Shown piece after piece: positions 53,055-64,000 of a DNA stretch of 64,000 nt; position 1 is the stretch's first letter; each line of letters opens with the position of its first letter. The DNA is taken from NCBI GenBank assembly GCA_951406725.2, contig OX597817.1, forward strand, positions 43,400,001-43,464,000, in the 5' to 3' direction. The notes under the pieces were generated by a model that searched no databases, was not told where the DNA came from, and saw only the letters and a program-made list of their open reading frames with translations. The translations under genes were made by a program, and so were the position numbers. The DNA is from Octopus vulgaris (lineage: Eukaryota).

Positions 53055-53250
53055 TCAATGAAGAAGACTGAACTCAACTCCAGTTTGATCTATATGCTGT
53101 GAGTCAACGGGCAGACGAAAACAAAATGCAACTGAACAGGGAAAATTTGAACTGATGCATTTTGGAAGAAAGTCTATACTAAAACAGGGGAACCGCTCAC
53201 GGCATCTAAGAATATCAGAGACCTGGGTGTAATTGTTGATTACAATCTCA
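53055..53250 (+). mobile_element. CR1-like RT C-terminal remnant
   Basis: LQFDLYAVSQRADENKMQLN / KFELMHFG / KNIRDLGVIVDYNL. Confidence 0.8.
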
Positions 53251-54484
53251 ATTAGAGTACCCACATCAACAATAATTAACAGAGCAAATTATCTGTTTCG
53301 CGCATCACTCCAGCATGCTTACACTGTCGTCCTTGCTAACTCAGCATTTAACCACGACAACAGCACCAGACGCATTTCACCTTCAAGGCATTTCACTCAC
53401 TGTAACCCTGCAGGAAGATCTTTCCTATCACGGATTGAGAATACACTCACTCGCTCATCTCAGTTTATTTTACAGTCAATTTCGAAACGTGCACCTGCAC
53501 TCATGTATACGCGCTCACGCGCTCATTTGCTGTACTGCCCAGTCACTGACTGCACACGTTCTGGCACGCAAAGCGACACCGTTATTCGAACTAATCCGAA
53601 TAGAAAACTGTCTCGTATACACTTCAACGATCCTCTCTCCTGGTATGCAAAATTTCTCCTTTACCATGCATTTCTTTGTCTCCTTCGATCTTTCGTTCCC
53701 TTACCAGGAAGCCCACTAGCAAGGGGAGTGTATGTAGTGAATCTTGCATGCATGAAGTGGATTCGATCCACCATAGCCAAATTTAAATTAACGCTGCAAC
53801 AGAACTGTTCCCATGGTGGAACAATGGTTTTTCTCTGACAGCATTTTTTACAATTTCCAGATGCCTTTAGCTAGGCCGAAATAATGTCTACACCACTTGA
53901 CCCTTTCTAACCTCTTCTACTTCACCAAAAGCTAGAGTAGAGATAACAAGACCACCAACTAAATCTATTGTTTTCAATGGTATATCTATCCTTCTGGATC
54001 TTTATATAAGCAAGCACATCCCAAGCAAAAATCAGTTAGTCACTGCGGTGACAACTCAGTGAGAACGAAGTCTGGCTGACCAGCTAGAACTTTGGTCAGA
54101 GGGAGAAATGAAGTTTACTGCCAGCAACTGTGAGACAACGTTCCACACCCTACAATTCTCCCTGGCTCTAATTCTGTTCTCTTACAACATCATTCTATCT
54201 CTCTCAGTAATTACTACTACTAAACAATGAAGAGGACACAAACACAAACTTTACTTCGCATGCTTTTGGATTTATCACAACCTACTCGTCGAGGCAAGGT
54301 ATTTGTAACCTAACGGTAAATAAATACTTCCTTAAAACTTTATGCATTGTTCATCTTTCACATCTTACAATTTGCCGCCATAACAACAAATAATTATCGT
54401 CACACTAGCTGACTCCGATATTTCATCATAATGTTTACTAATCAATTTTCGACCGTTACATATATATATATATATATATATATA

Positions 54485-54938
<454 letters not shown>

Positions 54939-55078
54939 AGAGTTTACGAAAAAAACAATAGACGAAGACAGGTGGTGTACAAAACATACAGATGTATTAG
55001 TATAACACTCAGGAATAGAAAAAGTCTTTTACGTTTCGAGCCTACGCTCTTCTACAGAAAGGGACACAGAAAAAAATG

Positions 55079-55112
<34 letters not shown>

Positions 55113-55395
55113 ACATATATATAAGACTCTTATCTCACCCGGCTCGCTGACCTTACATATTATATTACACACTTTCAAGAACTATATTTTTAAACTCAAC
55201 GGCCAATTTTGTTGGCCATTCTCCCATTTCATAGCTGGCCTCGACAGACTTCTGTCACATCCCCGCTGCCTTCTTGGAATGTACTTTTGTTTCTAGAATT
55301 ACTTCTCATTTGATGATTACGGTCTTTTGTAATGGAGTAATGTTTTCATTCTTCTGTTTTCATTCTCCTATGTAACGAACTGACAATTATCTATA

Positions 55396-55770
55396 GGAGA
55401 AGGAGTGGCTGTGTGGTAAGTAGCTTGCTTACCAACCACATGGTTCCGGGTTCAGTCCTACTGCGTGGCACCTTGGGCAAGTGTCTTCTAGCATAGCCTC
55501 GGGCCGACCAAAGCCTTGGGAGTGGATTTGGTTGGCGGAAACTGAAAGAAGCCCGTCGTATATATGTATATATAAATGTGTGTGTGTTTGTGTGTGTGTG
55601 TTTGTCCCCCCCAACATCGCTTGACAACCGATGCTGGTGTCCGCGTAACTTAGCGGTTCGGCAGAAGAGACCGATAGAATAAGTACTAGGCTTACAAAGA
55701 ATAAGTCCTGGGGTCGATTTGGTCGACTAAAGGCGGTGCTCCTGCATGGCCACAGTAAAAATGTAAAAGA
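55396..55770 (+). mobile_element. SINE family B, near full length
   Basis: Matches family; CpGs intact. Confidence 0.9.
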
Positions 55771-55971
55771 GTATCGTATGCTATTATTCATTTGATAATG
55801 TACTAAACATGTATACATGTGTGTGTATGTATGTATGTATGTATGAGTGTATATGTGGATGTATATAGGTGTGTGTGAGTTTCTGTGTGCCTGTGTGTCC
55901 GTGCAAGTATGTGTGTGTGTGTGTGTTGCGTGAATGTATGCGTGCATAAAAATGCGTCCGTTTCTACTTAC

Positions 55972-56027
55972 TCATTGAGAGCGCCCGTTTCAGGTTGCGT
56001 CGGTCCGTTGGCAGTCGTTCGTTCCAT
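55972..56027 (-). CDS. Candidate exon MERTTANGPTQPETGALN, phase 2
   Basis: actATGG start, GTAAGT donor at 55971, CpG-rich unique patch; possible acceptor cttaacag at 56036. Confidence 0.5.
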
Positions 56028-56645
56028 AGTTGGTGCTGTTAAGATTTACTCATTCATAAAACATACATATATTGATTGATATACACGAACGATCACGGTA
56101 AAACTTTGGAGGAAGGAAAATAGTCAGCGACTGAACGTTTTGAAAAAATCTTTATTTGTTTTGTTACATTTTGCAAGCGATACGCTAAAGAATTGCAAAT
56201 GAGATAAGTGAATCTATTAAAAAAAATAAAGTCAATAATAATAACGATAATAATGATAATAATAATAATAATAATAATAACAATAATGATAATAATAATA
56301 ATAATAATAATGTTCATGAGGATAACAAGAATCACGTGACGGTGATGATAATAGTGATGATGATAATGGTTAAAGGATCTATGAATAGATTAGATTATGT
56401 GTACATATGTGCGTGTGTGTGCGTGTGCGTATGTATATATATATGTATATAATATATATATATATGTACGTATGTATATATATATGTATGTATATATATA
56501 ATATATATAACATATATATATATATATATAACATATATATACATATATAACATATATATACATTTATAATATATTATCATAAGAGATATAATATATATAA
56601 TATATATATGATACATATAATATATAATATATATATGATATATAT

Positions 56646-56772
<127 letters not shown>

Positions 56773-57039
56773 TATTAGTAAGAAAAAAGCGAAATAGAAA
56801 GAAATAAGGCTGTGTGAGAAAAGAAGAAAGTGTTATCAAAGGGACGACCATGCATTGCTATCTGTAACAACGTGGGTGACGCAGGAAAAAAATAGTTACA
56901 AGGCAGTTGACTTGTCCCAGTAAGATAAATTATAATCTTACACAACTTGCTTAGACGTGGTGGTGGTGGTCAGGATAGGATTCATTAGACTTTTGGAAAA
57001 AGAAAAGAATCCTAAGATTGGGCTATAACAAGTAGCCTT

Positions 57040-57300
57040 AGAATGCCAAGAACACTCCTGTTGGATTACAGCAGGTAACCTTAAATGCCAAGAACCCTCC
57101 TAAGTATCCTAGCTGTCCCCTAATAACACTGTTTTCTGCAGGTGTACTAAACTGGGTTTTATGCCTATTTCCTCTAACAGTCTGTTCAAATATTTAGGGA
57201 TAGTTCTCAATGCACCTATAACTACTAGGATACGTTTAAGCCGCACTTTTCGTAGTCTCTATAATTCAATAGCTAGGTCCCGGTGTAGCAGTTCGTTTTC
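57040..57300 (-). mobile_element. R4/Dong-type LINE 3' end
   Basis: RDLAIEL*RL...VVIGALRTIPKYLNRLLEEIGIKPSLVHLQKTVLLG / ILRRVLGI*. Confidence 0.8.
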
Positions 57301-57357
57301 ACTTTTATCAAAATATGAGTTTTATCTCATGATTGATAAGAACTAACTTCAGGCACT

Positions 57358-57443
<86 letters not shown>

Positions 57444-57884
57444 TCTTCCTCTCTCACACACACGTCCATGCATCTGGTGTGTGTGTGTGTGTGTGCATAT
57501 ATATTTATATATATGTATATATATATATATGTATGTATATATATTTTGCTTTTGCATTTAGTTTACAAGATTATGTGAATTCTTGTGTTGAAGCTTATTT
57601 TGTTGTGTGTTTGTATGTGTGTGTACCTCTGTCTCCTTCATTGTGTGTATGAAGTGTGGGTTTGAGTATATGGTCATGTGTTTCAGTCTTCGTGTGTATG
57701 TGTGTGCTTGTCTGTCCGTATTACCTATACACCTATCTATCTATTTACCTATCTGTTTACCTACACACACACACAAACACACACACATACACACACACAA
57801 ACACATACATGTCTACATAACAGTCTACTAACAACTCTACCTGTGTATACATAAACTGCGGGTATTGGGGTATGACTGCCTTCT

Positions 57885-58530
57885 ACATATATTTCCTATT
57901 TAGTACTGGGAATGTTTCATTTATGAGGACATACTCCTGTATTTGTCTGAGTGTTGGGTCCTTCGGGTGCTTGGATAAAATGTGGCCCACTGTGCCTCCA
58001 TGTTGGACTTTGGCATGTTGTTAGAGTATGGAGGACTGTGTTTTGCCATCATATTGTCTATTTAGTCTTTCCACAATGCTTCTAGATGTCTCACCTTGTA
58101 TATCATGTTCTTGTCTTTACAGGCACCTTCTATGCACCTTATACTGTAGACTACATTTCTAGTCCCACAGTTAATCTTACATACCACGCAGTTATCATTG
58201 GTGCATGTGGTATTCTCGAAGGGGTACGTCCTACATAGTTGTGAGCTGATGGCGCTGCCTGTCTTTTCAACGATCTTAATATTGAGTTTGGCCTCCTTCA
58301 GAATATTCTTAAATCTTCAGGCTAGTTCTCCATGGGCTGTGATCTCTGCAGACATCACTCCTTGGTATTTGTCGGTCTTGTACCACGTGTTCACTCCGTT
58401 TGCTTTGTCACGACCTCTTTGTATCCTATTCTAGTCTTTACTTCTATATCTAGGGCAGGTACCACTGGTTTCATTACTTATAATATTGTCTAACTTCTTT
58501 TTAGCTACCCTGTATACCCGAACCCTATCT
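57885..58530 (-). pseudogene. Penelope-like element linker and GIY-YIG endonuclease, decayed
   Basis: IKIVEKTG...CTNDNCVVC...RNVVYSIRC...Y/GETSRSIVERL...QH...DPTLRQIQE...PVLNRK. Confidence 0.85.
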
Positions 58531-58672
58531 TTCTGGCCAGGTAAATAGATAAGTAAGTAAACAGATAGATAAATAGATAGATAAGTACATAGGTAACACA
58601 GACAGACAAGCACACATACACATACATACACAAATGAAGACTGAAACATATGACCATATACACACACGCACA

Positions 58673-58766
<94 letters not shown>

Positions 58767-59005
58767 GGACACATATGGAGGCACACATCCATACATAACA
58801 GATGCGCTTACCCATACACATAGACATGCTCAAACATGCACATACAAGGAGACGGAGGTACACACATAAATACACACGTGCAAACATGAACACACTAACA
58901 CATGAATAAGCAGAATGCATACATACAAGCGTACACACACGCATACATATATGCATACACATACACATACACATACATACATACATACATACATACATAC
59001 ATACA

Positions 59006-59036
<31 letters not shown>

Positions 59037-59120
59037 GTGTATACACATGCACACTGACGCACACACATGCGCACAAACAAACAAAAAGAATGCAGTTTTA
59101 ATAACGGACAGAATCAACGA

Positions 59121-59157
59121 CTACTGAAGAGGTTGCAAGTCTCAACGAAAATTTTAG
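59121..59157 (+). ncRNA. Minimal hammerhead ribozyme motif
   Basis: cta-CTGAAGA-g-gttg(caagtct)caac-GAAA-attt-tag. Confidence 0.55.
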
Positions 59158-59286
59158 AAAAAATAAGTAAATGAGTGGAAATCGAACCGGTGTGTGTGTT
59201 AAGTAATAAGGCTCTAAAAGAGAATGACTCTCCCCAGACACAATAATATATATATATGTACATATATATATATATATATACATATA

Positions 59287-59317
<31 letters not shown>

Positions 59318-61016
59318 CATCATCATCGTTTAACGTCCGTTTTCCATGCTAGCATGGGTTGGACGGTTCGACTGGGGTAAACCAGGAGGCTGCACCAGGA
59401 TCCAGTCTGATCTGGCAGTGTTTCTACAGCTGGATGCCCTTCCTAACACCAACCACTCCACGAGTGTAGTGGGTGACTTTTACGTGTAACCGGCACGGGT
59501 ATCACAACTATAATTTCCATTTGATTTTTATTTTGATGTTGATGTTGATGTACTTGACTCAATAGGTTTCCTCAAGCACAGCGGGTTACCCTACGACTCC
59601 AAGGTTAGCACAGCAGGCCATCCTGCGAGCAACGAATTCACTTCATTTGTCTGGTCTTCTCAGTCACAGCATATCTCAGAAGTCTCCAGTCTTTCGTCAT
59701 TACCTCTGTGAAGCCCAACGTGCCACGGCTATCACAACTATAATATCCATTTGATTTTCATCTTGATATTGATGTACTTGACTCAATAGGTCGCCCTACG
59801 ATCCAAAGTTAGCACAGCAGGCCGTCCTGCGAGCCATGAACTCACTTCATTTGTCAGGTCTTTGTAGTCACAGCATATCTCAGAGGTCTCGGTCTTTTGT
59901 CATAGCCCCTGTGAGGCCCAACGTTCGAAGGTCATGCTTGACCACCTCAACCCATATCTTCCTGGGTCTACCTCTACCCCGGATTCCTTCAACAGTTTGG
60001 GAGAGGCACTTCTTCACACATCTTTCCTCATCCATCTGTAGTACATGACCATACCTATTTCTTTACTACCCACAAGGGGCTAAACACAGAGAGGACAAAC
60101 AAGGACAGACAAACGGATTAAGTTGATTATATCGACCCCAGTGCGTAACTGGTACTTAATTTATCGACCTCGAAAGGATGAAAGGCAAAGTCGACCTCGG
60201 CGGAATTTGAACTCAGAACGTAACGGCAGACGAAATACGGCTAAGCATTTCGCCCGGCATGTTAACGTTTCTGCCAGCTCACCGCCTTACATGACCATAC
60301 CCACACAAACGTCTCTCCTACACGCCACATCCAATGCTTCTTATGTCCAACATTTCTCTCGGGATGCTTACACTCGGTCATGCATGCACACTGACATTAC
60401 ACATCCATCGGATCATGCTAGCTTCATTTCTTTCGAGCCTATGCATGTCCTCCACAGTCATGGCCCATGTTTCACTGCCGTGAAGTATGGCAGTTTGCAC
60501 ACGTGCATCGTGCAATCTACCTTTCACTCTGAGCAAGAGACCCTTTGTCACCAGCAGGGGAAGAAGCTTTCTAAACTTTGCCAAGGCTATTCGTATTCTA
60601 GTGGTAACACTCTCTGAGCATCCACCCCCACTATTGACTTGGTCACCTAGGTAGCGGAAACTATCAACTACTTCTAGTTTCTTTCCCTGGAGTGTGACGG
60701 AATCTGCTTTCTGAGTATCTGTGGTGTCTATTGCCCCTGTGCATCTGCTGCACACGAAAGCTATCTTCTCTGTTAATTTTCCTTTGATGTTGCTGCACCT
60801 CTTATGTGTCCATAGCTTACACTGGTACATCCTGTGGAGTTTCTACCTACACGTTTTCTACAGATCGAGCCGGGTCACCTACCTAAGGGTGTGTGTGATG
60901 AGTTCACCTTCCTACTTACTAGAACTTTGGTCTTTGCTACATTGACTCTAAGGGCTTTTGATTCTAAATTTAGCTTCCACACACGAAATTCCTTTTCTAG
61001 TTCTGGTATGAGGGCC
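59318..61016 (-). mobile_element. 5'-truncated RTE (BovB-like) LINE with duplicated 3' end and SINE insertion
   Basis: LEVVDSFRYLGD...LHGSETW...LERNEASMIRWMC, GRGRPRK, 3' UTR running into the (GAT)n tail. Confidence 0.93.
60056..60287 (-). mobile_element. SINE family A inserted in RTE, 14-bp TSD
   Basis: tacatgaccatacc at 60042-60055 and 60288-60301. Confidence 0.93.
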
Positions 61017-61066
61017 ATATATATATATATATATATATATATACTCTTTCTCTCTCTCCCTCTCTT

Positions 61067-61143
<77 letters not shown>

Positions 61144-62782
61144 GCAATCTCAAGATTAATCAGCCAAAATTGCGAAGATGATCTGGTTATTGACTGAAGA
61201 TTAAAGGCTTCGAATGACCCATCCGTGTTTTTTGTATCATCTATCTGGATGTTTTACGTTCTTGTCCCATTTTGTATTTTTTATAAATATATATTATATA
61301 TACATTTTTTATATATACAGTGTGTATACATTTTTATGGTGGACTCTGTATTCATTCTTATCCTTCAGTTCAGTATAGTCAATAATTAAATTGTGATACA
61401 AACCTTTGTGCTTGAAGTCAAAATGTAGAATTTCTGTTGTAAGCATGTTAGCTTTGACATAGCCTTTACTTTTGTGTGTATTTGACATTTATACTTACGT
61501 TAACATATTCCTTGGTATGGCTTAAAACTGCATCTAGTAGTAGGGCTCTGGTTCAGAGTTTAAGGGTTTTGAGGTGTGCAGAATGAACTCTTATCCATAT
61601 TGTTCCCAAGTTTATTCTGACCCAGAGTAGTAGCAGCTGTTAGGGTCCCAGTGATGGGTTAATTAACATGTTATGGAAGAAACTTCAAGCACAAATCCTC
61701 ATTGCCTAAGGGAGTCAAACTTAGCAGCAAATGAAGGAATGGAGTAGCTCAGATGGTCTGGTACCTTTTTTGACAACCTTCCAGGGTAGGCGGAGCTCTC
61801 TAGCCCTGTAAATCAATTCATCTGAGAAAAAGCCACACCAATGTAAAATCTATGGCTTACCAGTCACTACAGCTGTCCTGGCTCACTCAGCCATTGTGGT
61901 CAGATCTCCAAGTTAAAGAGTGGGATCTGGTAGTGTGAACTGTCCCTCACTGAAAACTTTGAAGCACAGGCCCTGAAGTATCAAGGATCAGTTTACAGAT
62001 TCATTCAAGGGCATGCCACTTGTTCTCATGATCTTCAGACACAAGAAAACTGCCATCAACCTATTCCATACAAGTTCAGGGCTGACAATATTCAGAGCTA
62101 CTGAATCCTGTATTAAAAGGGAGTGGTCATTTGTATAGTTAACGAATGTATTAATGTGATCAGGATGTAGTGTTGAATGTAATTAATCATATACAACGAA
62201 AGATGTCAATGGATAAGGCAGTTGGAGATGGGGAAAAGCTGCAGTTGCTTTTCATTAAAATGGTACAGAGACAGGCCTTGTACCATCATCCTCATCAATG
62301 CCATTGTTTGTCCTCTCTGTGTTTGGCCCTTTGTGGGTGGTGGGGAGATGGATGTTTTGTCTGCTGCTACGTTCTGAGTTCAAATTCTGCCAAGATCGAC
62401 TTTGCCTTTCATCCTTTCGGGGTCAATAAATTAAGTACCAGTTACGCACTGGGGTCGATATAATTGACTTAATCCCTTTGTCTGTCCCCTCTATGTTTAG
62501 CCCCTTGTGGGCAATAAAGAAATAAGAAACGATGATGATGATGACACACACACACATACATGCACACGCATACATATATTGAACAATACAGTTATAGTGA
62601 CTCATATACATAACTTCAAGTTTCTGTGTATGTAGGTGTGTTTTTTTCATTGAGTACTCAATACTGTATCAGCCCATGGTGAAGGACAAACACTCGAAAA
62701 GTTAAGGCTCTCTCCCGTGTTTTAAGCATTAAAACTTATCCATCCTGTGCTATCATTTTCCTTTTTGTTCATTATATTTACA

Positions 62783-62823
<41 letters not shown>

Positions 62824-63012
62824 AACATTGGTATGGGTGCTGGTGCCACATAAAAAGCACCCAGTACACTGTAAAGTGATTGGTGTTTGGAAGGGCATCC
62901 AGCCATAGAAACCATGCCAAAACAGACTAGAGAACTTAGTGCAACCTCTGGCCTTGCCAGTTCCTATCAAGCTGCACAACCCATGCCAGTATGGAAAATG
63001 GACATCAAATGT

Positions 63013-63065
<53 letters not shown>

Positions 63066-63302
63066 TATAATACAAAATGGACAAGAACGCAAAACATCTG
63101 GACAACTAGGGGATGCAAAAAGGGACACCAAAACAGCCAGATAGATGATACAAAAAAAAACACAGATGAGTCATTCGAAACCTTTTATCTTCAGTCAAGA
63201 ACTGGATCATCCTTGCAATTTCGGCTGATTAATCTTGAGATTGCTCCAATCTGGCCAGCCCCAAGGAAAAACTAAGCTAAGAGCATTAGATTCCTTGGAA
63301 AA

Positions 63303-63663
63303 AAGGGCAAAAGAAAAAAATCCTAATGCCAAATATGCTGAAAATAGACTTAAATCGTCAATACGTATTTATCGTTGACGAGTAGAAAATTCGGATCTTT
63401 TCAATTCTGACTATGAGTACACGAAGTTTCAAATTATTTAGTTAACTAGAAAGATCTGGGGTCCTGGCCACGATATTGAAAAGATCCGAAAATTCTTATG
63501 AATTAACTCTGAAATCGGGGCTGATACGATAATAATGGAATTTTTTAGAAATTTCTGTCGGCTTACTATGAAATGCGTGCTTATAGTGATGAATTATACA
63601 GTTATTGACGATTTAAGTCTATTTTTGGCATATTTGGCATTAGAATTTTTTTCTTTTGCCCTT
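63303..63663. mobile_element. MITE with ~60-bp TIRs and inner inverted repeat
   Basis: aagggcaaaagaaaaaaatcctaatgccaaatatgc...cgtcaata vs tattgacg...cttttgccctt; inner tcggatcttttcaat / attgaaaagatccga. Confidence 0.85.
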
Positions 63664-63721
63664 GTTTATAAGTTGTTTATAAATTTAACATTTAAAGGTA
63701 TTTTTTAATATGCTGGTCATT

Positions 63722-64000
63722 ACTCTTTACTCTTTTACTTGTTTCAGTCATTTGACTGCGGCCATGCTGGAGCACCGCCTTTAATCGAGCAACTCGATCC
63801 CGGGACTTATTCTTTTGTAAGCCCAGTACTTATTCTATCGGTCTCTTTTGCCGAACCGCTAAGTAACGGGGACATAAACACACCAGCATTGGTTGTCGAG
63901 CAATGCCAGGGGGACAAACAGACGCATATATATATATATATATACATATATACGACGGGCTTCTTTCAGTTTCCGTCTACCAAATCCACTCACAAGGCTT
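63722..64000 (-). mobile_element. SINE family B, cut by window end
   Basis: ctcttttacttgtttcagtc tail onward. Confidence 0.9.

Noticed and set aside
53233-53838. Longest ORF (201 aa)
   Set aside because: Starts in a CR1 remnant out of frame, non-ATG start, no recognisable motif; probably repeat-derived.
61680-62130. Possible LINE 5' UTR and endonuclease start
   Set aside because: Too decayed to translate a convincing motif.

Overview
AT-rich, repeat-dominated eukaryotic DNA. The microsatellite load and SINE/LINE families look like an Octopus genome (inference from family resemblance). There is no long intact gene: nearly all ORFs in the track are artefacts of (TA)n/(CA)n/(GAT)n tracts or SINEs. 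The window holds at least three tRNA-derived SINE families, many 3' ends of an RTE LINE with a (GAT)n tail, decayed LINE pieces (RTE, Hero, R4/Dong, Tx1/L1, CR1-like), Penelope-like remnants with minimal hammerhead ribozyme motifs and fold-back palindromes, mariner remnants, MITEs, a candidate solo LTR and non-autonomous Helitrons. A few short candidate minus-strand exons (55972-56027, 24324-24400, 22767-22893, 21511-21567) suggest the 5' end of an unidentified gene running toward base 1. Most notable: an exact head-to-tail Helitron dimer with different cargo per unit (47779-51102), repeated SINE insertion next to ATACC including the same base of two RTE copies, hammerhead motifs, and a PHD-like finger inside the RTE reverse transcriptase. 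All of this was read by eye; repeat boundaries are approximate unless a TSD or terminus is quoted.
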